64,000 nucleotides of DNA from positions 18,156,213 through 18,220,212 of the forward strand of contig OZ234493.1 of the NCBI GenBank assembly GCA_965153455.1, given 5' to 3'. The translations under genes were made by a program, and so were the position numbers. Every line of letters starts with the position of its first letter. The stretch's first letter is position 1. Below are positions 11,434 through 26,028 of the stretch, piece after piece. The notes beneath the pieces are model-generated. The model saw nothing but the letters and a program-made list of their open reading frames with translations. It was not told the origin of the DNA and did not search any database. Source of the stretch: Sphagnum compactum. Its lineage: Eukaryota.

Positions 11434-14400
11434 ATGAAGAATGGGATGCTGGAATGTAAGGTTTGTGGAGCCAAGGACTCCGTCACTAGACCAGTCTCCG
11501 TTGCTTACGATCGCCAGCATAGCAAAAAGACGCATGGACTCCGCGCTCGTAATGTCTTGCTTGTTGTCGCTGATTGCCTTCTCATCGGTGCTCAGGTAAC
11601 AACAAAACACTCTGCTGCCCCATGATCCAATGTAGACGGACGCCAGAGCCGCAGAGAGAGGGAGAGAGAGATGGAGATATGCACACATACATACACACGC
11701 ATAGAGAGGGTGGGGTTTGGGGGATACGGAGGAACGACAAGATCCTGAGGTTGTAAATTCTGTCTGAGCGAAACGGCTGCTGCTGCTGCTGATGTCTGGC
11801 TCACTTTCAGCTCAAGAAACCTTGGAGATTTTATTTTTATTTGAGAAATGAATAGTTGCCCTAGACCACCCTAGCTGCAACTTTGGGGTTTTGAGGAGGA
11901 GGTTTTTCCTAGGGTGCTTCTTCTTCACATCTTTGTGGAATTCTTGTCTTTTTGTGAAAGTGGGTTTTGTTTTCCTTGCATCAATCTGTCCTGGAACAAG
12001 CCTCATAACTTTGTTAGGGTTTTAGGGTTAGAGAGGCAAGTAAACCCTAGGAAGCCCATTGACCAAGAGCATTTGTTTTCCTATCTAAGGGTTAGTAATC
12101 CCAAGGAAGGCTGCTGAAGAAACCTGGCTTGAAGTTAAATCCATGATGAGCAATGCTTTGCTTTCTTTGGCATTGTCATTATCTCGAATCCGAGCACATC
12201 GCAACAAGCTTCTGGATCCATGTGGACCCATGTGAAACCGAGCATCACTGAAGGAAGAATTCAAACTAAGATTATTTATTCCTTATTCACAGATTTACCT
12301 TTCCGAGCCTTGAAGCTTGCATTGGACAGTAGCAATTGATGCTAGTGTGCTTCTGTCTGTTTCTGATCACTGCCGCTCAGGATTGGATCATCATACCTGT
12401 TGATTTGGCAACAGCAATATGAAACTGGCAGTTTGTTGAATGCTACAATTGACGATCAGACATAGAATAGGAAAGATTCGTTTGTAGAAAGTCTTTCTTG
12501 GAAGAACTATAAGAGTCCAAAAGATGATTGCCTTGGTGGAGAGTAAACTGATTGATTGATGATGGGAGAGGAGATTAGAGAAAAGATAAGTGAAGAGAGT
12601 TGACATCTGAAATTCAGCTCTTTTGATGCAGCCAATACTTGTGTATATGTCAAAAGTGGATGGGAAGTTCCTCTTCAGCCCAGTGAGTGTGAATTTCTTG
12701 ACAGAGATCGTGAAGGTTTTCTTTGCAATCTGCATGCTGCTTTGGCAGGTGTGTGTGTCTCTTGGTCTGTTCTCTCATGCAATTTCATACTGCTTTTTCC
12801 ATCATCAGGTGCAGCTCTTGGTTTTACTTTAGGTACTGACATCAGAGGTTTTGGTCTCTGTCATTTCCTTGAATTCATAGAATTCTCTGATGGGGCATGC
12901 TTTTATCCCAGAAAGTCCTTAAAGTCAAAGTCTCTGCTTACTTACATAGACATGGGTGGATGATGAGTGGTGGCAGGCACAGAGGCAACGTCCTGGAGAA
13001 AAATCACTACTTTCTCCAGCTGTTATTTTGCCGGTTTTTTTTCTTCTCTCCTTCTTGCCCTCTGTGCGTGCATATGTGTGTGTGTGGTTACCAGGCTTAC
13101 AAATGTCCAGGAAGTGTCACAGAGCCTTGAATTCTTAAACCTTTTTCCCTTGATGATTTCATAGACTAAAAAGTAGAAGGTTGAATGAGATATTAGCAAT
13201 ACCAAAGAGGGTTGAGGACAAGGAGGCCATCACAAACTTCAGAAGATAGCTACATTCAATAGAATAAGTATTGTTCTGCACTGTTCTTGACATGGTGTGA
13301 AGGTATCTGAGGGTTCAGAGGGCTGTGACCACTACACTCCATGCCTTTGGCTTAGATGCTTGTTTGTACAGGGGCAAGCTAAAATGAAACAAAGCTTACC
13401 CTCACAATTTTATGATGATACTATTGGCTTTGTTGATTAGCTATGCCTCCTGAGTGCTAGCTGAAATCACAACTGAGTCTTCCTGTTTGCATCCTATATG
13501 TGGATTGTGTGCTGATGATATTTCTCTGTGAAACCAGGCTGCAAGGAAAAACTATTTGCTCGCTGTACCAGCCTGCTTGTATGCTGTCAATAATTACTTG
13601 AAGTTCGTCATGCAGGTCAAGATTCCCTATCCTTGCTGCAGTAGTTAGGGTTTGCTCATTTTGAACTTGCAATCCCATTGCCTGGATCTCAGTGGTCTGC
13701 AAATTGGGTTGTGCAGGAATTTGCTATTAACTTACCACTGAATGTATTGGGGTTGATGCAGTTATACTTCAATCCTGCTACAGTGAAGATGTTGAGTAAC
13801 TTGAAGGTGAGCTTCTGTGATTTGCTGCAAAAATTTGGCATAGAGTAGCATTGCTGGTCAACATACTCTCAGGTGTGAGGCTTTCTCTCTGACAAGTGAG
13901 AGTTGTGATTTTCACAGGTGTTGGTAATCGCATTACTGCTGAAAATCGTGATGAAGCGACGATTCTCTGTCATGCAGGTTTGTTGCAATGGCTATTGAGC
14001 TTTCATTTTTTAATGTAAATTTAGAAAAACAAAGTTTCAGTTTCTCTGGTTTTGGGCTCCATGGATAGACAGTGATTTTTAGATTCTGAAGAGCAACTTT
14101 AAGAGGTGCAATAGGGGACTCTTGTTTAGCTTCCCTTCCTGTATCCTACTGCTAGTGCTGCTGTGAGAACTTTCTTTTCCACCCAGGCTTTGGTTTACTG
14201 CCATTCATGGCACATTTCAATGCTTTGGAGGAGGGTACTTCATCTACAGACTTTCTGCAGTATCTGTTGCTGGATTATGGTTTCTCTGTTTGATGTGGTA
14301 TTTATGTGGGATTGATATTCTTATTCTTGTGGTGGGCTTTCAGTGGGAGGCACTTACATTGTTGCTGATAGGGATCAGTGTGAATCAGTTGCACACAACT

Positions 14401-17158
14401 CCGGAGGGCACAACTGTTTTTGGTGTTCCTCTTCAGATGGTGGCATACATCTACACCCTCATTTTTGTGAGTGAGCTTTTTTTCAAATCCTGAAGTAGGA
14501 ATGTTGCTGGCAATCTAGGCTTCCACTGAATGTTTTCTATTTCTATTGGAAATTTGCATCAAGATAGGGTAAGGTACATTGTTATGCAGTTTTGGGCTCC
14601 AACAGCCAATTTAACACAGGCTGAGATGTACCTTATTGACTTCTCACAATGCATCCTTTGGGTGCATCACAGTGTTGGACAGGGCTTTCTGAGTTGAGAT
14701 AGTTCTGATGGGTGATCTACTTGTTGCACTGTTTTCATGAACATTGTAAGATCACAAGCTGTTAGATGTTGCATTTGCATGGCAGGTGACAGTACCTTCC
14801 ATGGCATCTGTTTTCAATGAATATGCACTCAAAAGTCAGTTTGACACAAGTGTTCATCTACAGGTTTTCTTTCTGTGCATTCTTTCTTGTCCACAGGCTT
14901 TCTGAGCTGCATTGTGGATTATCAGACATGCTTTCGTGCTTTTCTTTGGTCCTTTGTGCTGCTCAGGATATGTAAGGTGTCAAGGATGAAATTTCTTTGT
15001 ATACCATGTATACCTAGAATGTTTGCTTGGACCATCTTGCAGAACCTGTTCCTTTATGGATATGGAGCACTCTTCAATTTTCTTGCAATACTTTGTACAG
15101 CTATATACCAAGGTATGAGAGCATCTCTTTTGTTCTTTATCTCATGGTTTCTGTGTGCTCTTTGAGGCCTGTCACCTCATTTAGGTCACTGTGATCTCAA
15201 GGTTTCATGTGCTAACATGGCATTATTGTCCAACAATCCTACTCTTGACTGGAGCTTCAATGTCCTCATAAGCTGTTATGCAATTTCTGAATATGGCTGG
15301 GTGATGCAGGGGCAGGAGCAGGGGGAAATGGGTTCAATATTATGGAAGGGCACTCAAAGGCCACCATGTGTCTGATCTTCAATAATGCAGCTCAGGGTAT
15401 CCTTTCCTCATTTTTCTTCAAATATGCAGGTAAGTCTCCTTTGCTTAACGACATCTGCTCTTGTCATTCCCTGATCCTCATGGGCATCTCAAATCCCCAC
15501 TGCATGCACCAGACACTGTCATTCTTTAAAGGCCTTCACTTAGCTCAGTTCCGATTCCTTCCCAGATTAGTTGAAGAATCACATCACAGAGGCTGATTTC
15601 ACTCTTTCATACAATTGAGCTCTGAGTAATATTTCATTGCGCACTGATATCAACAACTTGACTTGGGCATTTTATACTTCCCAACTTCTTGGACTGTGAG
15701 CAGCAGTTTCTTTGTTGTAAGTACTGTGCCAACCAGTAACCTGATCAGTTGAATGTGCCTCCTGTGCAGATACGATATTGAAGAAGTACTCATCAACAGT
15801 GGCTACAATATTTACGGGTCTGGCATCTGCAGCATTGTTTGGCCATACTCTCACCATCAATTTTGTGTTGGGCATCACCATTGTCTTCATTTCTATGCAC
15901 CAGGTTGGTCATATTGACCCTTTGAAAACATACTCTGATAAGAACAATGGGGAGAAACATCCCAGATGTCATTGACAGGAATCCCATTGTTGCAAAAGAA
16001 CCCTCCATCACAGTTCAGAGTTCTATCCCCAAAGAAACAGCAAGTTGCAGTGCACTGCTTCATTTCAAGGCTGCTAATATGATGTAGGGCTGTTGCTGCA
16101 GTTTTTTTCATCTGTCACAAAGGTTTCGAAGGACTCAGGGGATGATGTCAACACCTTGTTGGAGCCCTCTGGAATGAAACTCAAGTATATTTTCTTTCTC
16201 CTCCATTCCAAGGTTTTGATCTATGGATTCAAATGGACATTGGTCTATGAAAACCACTGGATTCTGGTTGTCAAGAGGATAAGGGAGAGGGTAGGTTAGT
16301 GATGTGAAGAAAACTCTGGATCATGATTACATTGTGTCCAGGCATGAATTAAGGTAGTACGAGTATCACACAAATAGTTGGGGCATATGGGAATCTGGAA
16401 TTACCTTGGGGAATTTTTTGCATGACCATTAGTGTTGGACAACAACTAAGGTTTCAGCTGAGTTGCTTCCTTTTATTGCCAGCTATGGCTTGGTTAACTC
16501 TAGGTTGAACTGTGGTCATTGCACTGTAACAGCAAAAAGGATTCATCACTGAGTGACTTGGCTGCAGCAAATCTGGAGGTGAGAGCCACTTACTACGTCC
16601 TTTTATATCCTGCCTTTCTTATTCATCATCACATGGTAGCTAGCATGACACATGGAGTGGAGGTTCCTCTGCAATCTCATAGATGTGACCACCTGGTTGT
16701 AGTGTTTTTACCAGAACAAAGTTGATATCTTGCTGCAATGTCTTGTAGCTTGCTGACTTTGTGGATGTTGAGTAGTAGCCTGCATAAAGGTTGATATGAA
16801 GATGAAAAAAGGAGTTCTGCATTAGAAATCAAAAAGCATAAAATGCAGGCACTTAATATATCCACTGAGACCAAAGAGTCTTATATAAGCTGGGCTTATG
16901 GACACATAAATAATGTGGGCAGGTTAGGCTAGAGAGGTGTGGTGTAGACATATGGTGATAAGACCCAAGCTAGCAGTAAACAATTTTAGCAGCGGACAGG
17001 AGAAAAGATGTCGGATCTGACAAAGGAACAGGAATTGCAGTCTAAACTCCCTAACATTGGAAGGCACTGAAGATTAATGGTGCATGGTTGTGGGAAATGT
17101 GCAGGCAAGTCATAAGATTTCTATTCTGACAGAGAGAGACCCGCTTCTGCCAAAATGA
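11434..17158 (+). CDS. Nucleotide-sugar transporter, plant CMP-sialic acid transporter-like/UTR6 (SLC35A-type) family; 14 exons, 408 aa
   Basis: Exons with GT-AG boundaries and consistent phases: 11434-11595, 12632-12748, 12977-13033, 13538-13615, 13762-13806, 13918-13977, 14344-14466, 14786-14863, 15043-15112, 15310-15429, 15770-15903, 16102-16184, 16533-16578, 17105-17158. Motifs [76 protein letters not shown]-terminal ERDPLLPK*. Confidence 0.95.
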
Positions 17159-17242
17159 TCAAGTAGCCTTACCTTATTAGTTCACCTTTGATTCTTATGT
17201 CAATTAATTTGAAAATCCTGTACAAATTGGGTATCATTTCCA

Positions 17243-20200
17243 TTTATTTTGTGGAAAACCTGAGTTTTTGAGCCAGTCTTAATTAACAACCTCTTTTCAT
17301 TTAAGGGAGCAGTTCTATTGGCAGTAAAGCCATGACTGAATTTTGCAGCAAAGCTGGGGAGGTTTGTACAGTTGTCATGGAGGATTCTTGAAGATGGGAA
17401 ATGAGAGTTAGATTCTCTATACCCTGTTAGAGATATGCTGTTCATGAAGAGATTATGTAGAGGTTTCAGGGACATGCTTGCAGCTCGCATGCTCTCTCTG
17501 GCAAGAGGTTGGAAATCCATATTGTAAAAGGTGTAAACTTGCATCTGAGTGCATTTCCACTGAATGGGTCTGACCCCTTGATTTGTCAGTGACACCCAAA
17601 GTATTCATCCCCTTGGAAATTGAAATTTTGTTTTCTGCAGGTGATCTTGAAGAGTTTTGCACTTTAGCTATTGTTGTGGACTTTTTATTGTAGTTGGAAC
17701 TTGGAAGCGCACACTTGATGTAAATGTCCTGGAAGGCTGATGCTGTGAGCGGGTTGCACCAGCAGCAGCATAATGGCTTCTAATTAGCAATTAATGTATG
17801 AAGTTCAGGCTTTGAACAGTGTGAAACTGAGTTTGGACTTGTAAGTCTGCATAGGATATAATGCTCTTCAAAAGGCCAAGAAAAAAATACAATTGGCTTT
17901 GGTGGCCATTCATAATGCTTGGCCCAAATGGTGTCATCTATGTGATTTTTCTAAATCATAAGGTGAAAGCACAATCATATATACATTTCATGATCCTTGG
18001 CAAGAAAAATATAAATTAGTTATAAACTAGGATTTAACATATTAAATTTAGAAATATTATTTATTTCAATGATCGATATAAAAATGTTTTTTGAATTTAT
18101 GTCAATGATATTGAAAAATCATATGTTTAAAATAGATTTAAGTATTTTTTAGAAATGTAAGTAATTTTGTTTTTAGTTTGCAAGTTGTTTTTTAAAAACA
18201 AATAAGTAGATGAAATATTGAATTTTAAAAAATTTCTTGGTTAATTTCACTTAAATTTTACTTACACATTTTCAACTTTCAAAATACAATAAATAATATA
18301 TCAATCTTTTAATATAAAAATATTTGTGAACACAATTCCACCCATCAATTTCAAAATATTTTTGACCCATTTATATTACACTAAAAAATTTCAAACTTTG
18401 TATACAACATATTATAAACTCAATATTTATCATCACAATTGTTTGACAATGATTGAAAAGACTTCAACTTTACTTTCTTGCATTTACGTGTAAAAATATA
18501 AGTGAAATTTTTCAAACTACTTTTTGTGTGTACTTAATTGTGCTTTCACTCCACATTTATCTCAAATGTCTATCCAAGTTGCTTTTGATTCACAAGAGTT
18601 ATAACTATCCAATTTTGAACTAATTTCAATTCAATTGTTTCCACTTGTAATGAAAATATTATATGATATATTCAATTTGTTTAAGCCAAATTCATTTTGA
18701 TTATATTATGAAAATGTTGGACTCATTACATGGGCTTGCATAAAAGACATATGAAACATTTCAATATAATTTCATTCCAACCATATTCACATTTCTTATT
18801 TAATTTCATCCATAGCCTTCCTTGCATTCGTGGGTTTGAATAGAGGCCAATCTCCATGTTGTCATGTCAATCAACTTTTACTTAGTCTAATATGAAAATT
18901 CCTTCTTGTCTACAAATGGATAATAACTTGATGATTATTAGTTTCTAAAAATTGAAGATTAAATTTTGAGTATCATTCAATTGGATATGTTCCTGTAGTG
19001 AGTTGTTGTGACATGTGTGAACAAGTATTGCATATGCATGTATATCACTATAATGAGGTAGTTGTAGTTTGGCAAGTGTCACAAATGAAGTAGTCATATG
19101 AGAAAATGATTCCATACTAAAGGCAATCGTGATTTGTGAGGGTATTACAAACACAAATTACAAGTTGGGCACCACCTTATTCATTTTGAATGCATGTTTT
19201 GTCAATAGGAAAGGGCTAAGGGGAGGAAGGAAAAACATTTTTCATTTTGTTGCACTTCACTTGTCATAGTTGCCATTCCCATTGGTGTTTCTTCTTCCTC
19301 TTTCTAATCCCCTTGTTGTTTTGGCTAGCTTTATGTGCTTATCATTGATTTTTCTCCTTCTCTCCTTGTCAACATTTTCTTTTTTGGTATATCTTGAGTT
19401 TTTTTTCATTTATTTTCTTTTTGTGGAGATTTGTGGTGCAACACATAACAAATACAATTTTCATTGTTGCAAGCCCTAGGTTGAGCTTCCACAAGTTGAG
19501 GCTTCTATTTGGTTCATTGTGTAGGTTGCCCCAAGATGGGTTGCAATCGAGTATAGTGGGAAGCGACTGATGATTCACAAATAATTAATTATTGTTTTTG
19601 GGGTTCTAATATTCACTTTTCGCGTAGGAAGTTTTGATTTTTTTATAAGTTTGGAGGAGGCTAAATGTTGCATAAACTTTATTTGACGTGAAGCATTTTG
19701 CTTGTGAAGATTAATTTACAGTTCTTGCAATTGTTTATGGTGCATTCTTTCAAAACTATTGTTCTCATTACAACATTTGGCATTAACAATGGACAAGTCA
19801 TGTAAGGATCAGCAAAGTGTTGAGAAGATCGACAAGGTGTTTTATGGAAAGAGAATGAAAGAAAGGATAAAAAGAGCTTGGAAAGCCTAGAGTTGGTCAT
19901 TGTGATGTATGAAACAAGGATTTAGGAGCTTGGGGATTTTATAGTATGATGATTCACAACCAATCGGTGTTCAATGGTTGTGGAAGAAGGGGGAAATGTG
20001 CTATTTTCATGGCATAAAGTGCCTTGTGGCATGTCTATGAATCATTCCACCAAAAGCTCTTTGTTGTCTTTTTCATTTGTTTTTCACATTTTTGAACCAT
20101 AGGGGATTTAACTCTTCACACCTTTAATGTGTTTTGGTTTTTGCATCATTGCACTATGTTAAAACATTGTTGTTATCATTAGGACATTTTGTAACTACTA

Positions 20201-21505
20201 CCAAACTTGGTCATGTAGTTGAATACAATATGCATCTATGCCTTTTTTGCAACTTTAGTCATGATTATGATTACATGACTATTACAACTACATGACTAAT
20301 AATGAACTTGAAAGAAGTGTAGTTAAGTTAGCTAACTAACTAACTATATAGGTAGGTAGGTAGGTAGTGGTGCAATCGCACTAACAATAATTATAGCAAG
20401 TCGAACTAATTTTTGATTTTTCATGTTTAAATATTTAAAATTGTATTGTTGTTGCAAATTTTTTATGTGTTGACATGACAATTTTCTGAATATACTATGG
20501 AAATGTGCGGTATGATTTGAAATTAGTCTAATGAATATAAAATAATCAAAAGCATTCACTAACCATTATGACTACTGTTTTGAAAGCATTGAAAGATTAT
20601 TTGGGGGGGGGGAATCTTTAAACATGATATATTTAAAAGAAGATTCTTTCAAGAAATCTATACATAATAGTATATGCAACATATTTTTAGGTCAAACATA
20701 ATTCTAATGATTTTTTCAAATTTAAAATAAATTATTCCAAAATGAATACTCACCAAAGTGACAAGATTGGTTCTTAATAATATGGATTAACTTGTAGGTT
20801 AGTAGGTAAAGTAAAGTAGGTATAACGGGTAGGTGGGCAAAGTCATCAGGGTAACAAGGTAAGTAGCTAGGTTAGATAAATTAGGATATGTAGCTAATTA
20901 AGTAGTTAGCTAGGCTAGGTAGGTAGAGTATCTGTTAAGCAACCTATATAAGTTAGAAAAAAATGTCCAAAATTAATATGATGACAAAACAAAGTAAATT
21001 GTTGAACAATTTGTGGTGCAATGGTTAAGGACTTGATCTTTTAATGTGGAGGTGAAGAGTTCAAATCCCCATACTTGCAACCTTTAATGTATGTGCCTAG
21101 TTAGGTTATTCAGCTTAAACTAATTTAAATTTCATAGGTTAACATTTAAACTACTTAGCCTTTTCATTGGAAAAAATGAAGTATTGTGATTAGTTCCTAC
21201 CACTGATTTTTAGTCGCAAACACATTGGACAAGTCTCATGCGACCATAGTTATAAATGACATGGATTATAGATGAAAAACAAAATCAACAAAATGTGGTT
21301 TCATTTTTTGATTGACCATATGTGTGTTGTTACTTGTGATTCCCATGCGACAATTTTGGTGAATAATAAGAGTGAATGATACGTTGCCATATGTCAATAT
21401 TTTTATTGTTTCAAAATTATTCTTATTGAATTCTGAAAAAAATCATATGTGAATCATGTGTTCATGATTATGACACCTCACACATCCATAAATATTTCAA
21501 TTTTT
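17243..21505 (+). repeat. Segmental duplication A, copy 1 (transporter 3' region plus downstream repeats)
   Basis: Near-identical direct copy at 34617-39360; copy 2 has ~500 extra bp (~37348-37855) absent here at ~20008. Confidence 0.92.
21006..21079 (+). pseudogene. tRNA-Lys(UUU)-like pseudogene / SINE head
   Basis: A box TGGTGCAATGG, anticodon-like loop CTTTTAA, B box GTTCAAATCC; stems are degenerate; second copy at 38868-38941. Confidence 0.55.
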
Positions 21506-21522
21506 ATTTTTAATGAAATTTG

Positions 21523-21524
<2 letters not shown>

Positions 21525-21553
<29 letters not shown>
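21525..21553. repeat. (CA)n microsatellite
   Basis: ~14 CA units; counterpart at 39963-39991. Confidence 0.9.
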
Positions 21554-21554
<1 letters not shown>

Positions 21555-21809
21555 GTACCTACCTACTTGCCTAAGTTGGGTTTAAATAAGTAGATAGGTA
21601 GGTATGGAAGCTAAATAAATAGTTGATTTTACTTCTTTTTTATTTGACCTTTAGCATCAAGCCATTTTTATTGGTTCATTTAAATGGTACTTTTTTTTAA
21701 ATGTTTTTTTTAATTTTTTTCAATGTTTATAGTGCACCTTATTATATAATTTTACAAAATTAAAAGGAAGGAAAACAAATATGGAATAAATTTTATATTC
21801 ATAAAATTA

Positions 21810-22630
21810 AACCTTGGCAAATATGGTTGAATCGTGGTTAAACATTATCAAAACAAAAATTTGACTAAACTTGATAAAATTGAAATTTGGTTAAACTATG
21901 ATGAAATTAAAACTTGGTTAAAGTAAAACTTGGCTAAATGTTGGCAAAAAAAAAGTTCACAAAACTTTAGTAAAACTAAAACTTGGTTAAATCTTGGCTA
22001 AAATATGGCTACCCATGGTTAAACATGAGTAAACCATGGCAAAACATTGGCAAAACTAAATCTTATTAAAACCTTAACAAAATGTAAATATGGCTCAACC
22101 TTGGCAAAACAAAAATTTGGTTAAACCTTGCTTAATATGTGCTTAGATCATCGTTAAACATTGGCAAAATAAAAAACTTGCCTAAATTTTGGCTAAACTT
22201 GGTTAAATCATGGCTAAACATTCCTTAAACCATGGCTAACCAATGGTTAAATCATGGCTAAAGCAATTCTTTAAGTTGTGGCTAAGTTTTTGTTAAACTA
22301 AATATTAGCTAAACCATAATTAGAATTGGTTAAACTAAAACTTGGTTAGACATTGGCTAAACTTTGGTTAAATAATGACTAAGTTGAACTTTATTTTAAC
22401 CTAGGCTAAAACTTGGTGAAACAAATTAAAACTTGGCTAAACCTTGAGCAAAATTTTGCATAACTAAAATGTGATTTAACCTTGGTTAAATTTTGATTAA
22501 ATTAAAAATTGGACAAATTTTGGTTAAACTTCAATGAAATTAAAACTTGCTTAGATGTTGGTTAAACTTAAGCTAACCTAAATGAAACCAAGGTTAATTT
22601 TTAGTTAAACATACGCTAAGCAAGGTTATG
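21810..22630. repeat. Degenerate ~11-bp tandem repeat (AAACTTGGTTA / AACCATGGCTA-like)
   Basis: Dozens of TTGGTTAAA/TTGGCTAAA/TTGGCAAAA motifs at short spacing. Confidence 0.8.
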
Positions 22631-23079
22631 CCCAAACTTAGGTCATGTGGCACCTATGTTAAGTAAGTAGATAACATTAATATACATAAACTATACATAT
22701 GCATTTTTAATGCACACCTCATATGACACAAATTAAAGTTGAATACAAATTTAATACACCTAATAAAACATATTTCCATGTTGTACACTCTAATATACCT
22801 TTTAGGGTTAGGTCCACCCCATAATGGTGTGATTAATTTTGGTGAATATTGTAACTAATGGCACAAATATGTTTTTTTGGATGAAAATGAAATGACAATT
22901 TGTCCATAAGGAAAGATGAAAAATAATAATCACAACTTAATTAAATAACATAATTATAGGAATGACCTACCTAAGTTAGGACATACCTAATGGCTACTTA
23001 AAGGGTTACATAGGTGTTATGAATTAATCCTAATTAATATTTAACTAATCCTATGTGGTTATTTTTCTTCCCTATTAAT

Positions 23080-24150
23080 AAGCCCTAAATAACAATAGGT
23101 AGCCCCATAAATTACCCCTTGGCATCCCCTTAAAAAAAATTCCTTATTTATTTCCACAGGTAGGTTCAATGTAGCCCTAAATAGGTTTTTTGCTTCCCAT
23201 AACATATGCAAGCCCTATGCCTCTCCCCAAATAGTCTTTAGGTAGCCCCCTAAGTAACGCATAGGTATCCCATTAGCTAGATAGGCTCCTAGACATGTCA
23301 CTAAATAATCCCTAGTTAGCCTTCTAGGTAGGCCTCATGTAACCCCCTATGGTGGCTTTTGATAGCCCCCGGGGTAGTCAACTTTATTTAGCACCTTAGG
23401 TAATCTTTAAATATTTCATACCGTAGGTAAGCCTTTAGGCGTCTCCTTAGATAGTCCATAGTTAAGCCTTGGGTAGCCTTCTAAATAGCCCATAGGTATC
23501 CCATAACCTAAGTAGGCCCCCAAGTGTCGCCCCCTAGTAGGCAATTAGTAATCATTTATGTAAATTATTTGTAACCCTTATTTTCGATAACCCCCTAGGT
23601 AAGCCCCCCTCCTGAATGTCCCATTCAAAAATCCCTAACTCCCTTAATAAGGTTTTGTGTAAACCCCTAAGTCGCCCTTAGGTATCCCATAACATAAATA
23701 GAGTCCCTAAGATCATTCAATGCTCATTATTGTTATTCATCATTCAATGACTTGGCTACTACACATTTGGAGTTGAAAGTCACACATTACATCCTTGTAC
23801 ATCCTACCCTTCTTTGGTACTTGTTACAACATGGAAGCTATCATGACACATGATGATTATGTCTCCTTACTATTTATGTTATGGGATACCTAAGGGGGAC
23901 TTAGTAAGGGGGACCATTCACATGGAACTTGGTTGGGATTTCCACTTAGTCCCCTTTTCCCCAAGGATTTTTTCTTCCCCTATGGATCTTAATTGGGGAT
24001 ACCATATAGTCCCCTTCTCCCCAAAGAAAATCTTTAGCTTTATCCCAAGGGAAGTTGTTCCCCAAGGGACTTGGTTGGGGCTACCATTTATTCCCCTTCT
24101 TTATGGGGAAGTTGTTGTTATGAGGCAACTAATTTGAAGAAATTCCCCTT
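23080..24150. repeat. Degenerate TAGGT/AGCCCC tandem repeat, followed by a CCCC/GGGG-rich repeat
   Basis: Recurrent TAGGTAGCCCC-like 12-13-mers at 23080-23700; TCCCC/GGGGA motifs at 23890-24150. Confidence 0.6.
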
Positions 24151-26028
24151 GCGCTAATTTTTTCACTCATTTTATGAGTGAAAGGAAAGAAGAATTGGAA
24201 AAAAATGATCACATCCTGCACCTTTAGGTTAAAAGGGGATTCTAACCATTACATCATTTTCCCCCTTGAAATATTCTACAAGAAAGATAATTTAAATGTT
24301 AATCACAATTTGGGTATAATAAAATTATTATTTTTATTTTTTTTAACTAGGCGATATCCTACAACTGCATGAAGTGTAATGTCACATTTAATTTGCTGGA
24401 TTTTTTTGTCAAAGGAGGTCTACTTGTTGCATAATGTACTTATGACTAACAATCATGTTACTTCTTTGCCAATATTTATTTACTTAAAAAAACAAAGTTC
24501 AACAATTTCAATTTCAAAATTTCAAATTTTGAACGATTGAAGAATAAATATGCGTAAAAACCTACCAAAAACATTTCAATGTATTTGGAAACCATGTTGT
24601 ATAACATGTTTGCTCCTAACAAAAGATTAGTACAATTTCGAAATGAAATTGCTTACATCATTTGAAATGATAACAATTCCATTTCAAAATTGCATTGCTC
24701 ATCTTAAATATTTTTTACCTAATTTCTTAAAAAATTTAAAATTAAAGAAAATTGGTTATATTTCAAATTTGATGACAATAACAGTTCAATGTTCAACATA
24801 TCACTACAAAGAACAATGAAAAAGGTTGCCCAAAAAACCATATAAGAATCATCAAAAGAAATTAATATAACCAATATCAAAAATTAGAAATACAAAATTT
24901 GAATGTATTGTCAACTTAAATGTAAAATGTAAATTACATGTACCATGTAAACTGAATGTCCAAGAATGTAGCATGTCCAATTAGAATGTATGTTAAAATC
25001 AAAAAAAATATGGAAAGTAAAGTATAATAAAATGTAATCACCTAAAAGGTGAACCTTTTAATCCAAAAAACATGTTTGCTATCACATCAAGATAAGATAT
25101 TGAAATAGTTATGTTGCAATTTGTAAGGTTGGAAAATTGATACCCTCGATGTGTGTTACAACAAAAAGGCCATCCTCATATTTATTCAACATGTTTCTCA
25201 AAGTAGAGGATCCCTTAAAAGAATTCCACATCTTGTTCAACAAGAACAAATGCAATAACCGATTTGTCAAAAATATTACCAACATTTTGCAAACATGTAA
25301 TTGCTATAGACTTGGACAATATAAGTTGAATACCTGAGCTTGGTGCCAATTTTTTTTTTAGATGGATAAATTGCATGTGTTGTGAAAAAGCTAGATCTAG
25401 ATGCATTAGATTGCTACAAATGAAAGCAAAGCAAAACTAGTGCCCAAATATATGAAGGCAAAAAAAACAAAAGTACAAAATAAGAAACCATAAACCAAAG
25501 ACAAAAAAAAGGAATTGACTTACTTCAAGTTTTTTGTGAATGTTCTATTCATGGGTAAGGGCCTCCTTGTAAATAAGAGGACGATCTCCACTCAATTCTT
25601 TAGAAATAATATGTTGTAAGGTGCAACTTCAAATGTTTTGATACATTTGATCATACTCAGCAACAAAAACAACTCATCGAACAACATAAAACGTAAAAGA
25701 AATCAAGAATGCAAACACAAAAAACACCAACAAGTAAAGGTCCAAACAAGTGTTGGGTAGATATTAGATTTTTTCAATATCTACCAATTTTGATTATTTA
25801 GTCTACTAGTTTTGGTTTTTTTTTAATTTAATTTTTTTAAAGTTAACATATTCTATAAGGATATCAATTTTTAATAAATAACTTATGCAAATTTCAATAT
25901 TAGAATATCCCACAACATAATATCTTTGAAATATCCAAGCCTTTTGAATAACTTGATACAACAACTTCAATCGAATAATCCATCTAGATAAAAATACAAG
26001 TACAATTTCATCTTTTTTAAATTCCCCT

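Noticed and set aside
11091-11688. Several 80-131 aa ORFs with poly-Q/L/T/F tracts
   Set aside because: By-products of trinucleotide repeats in the transporter 5' UTR
17200-17595. Minus-strand ORF apparently conserved at 34577-34894
   Set aside because: Similarity is explained by the recent segmental duplication; no recognisable domain and the ends differ
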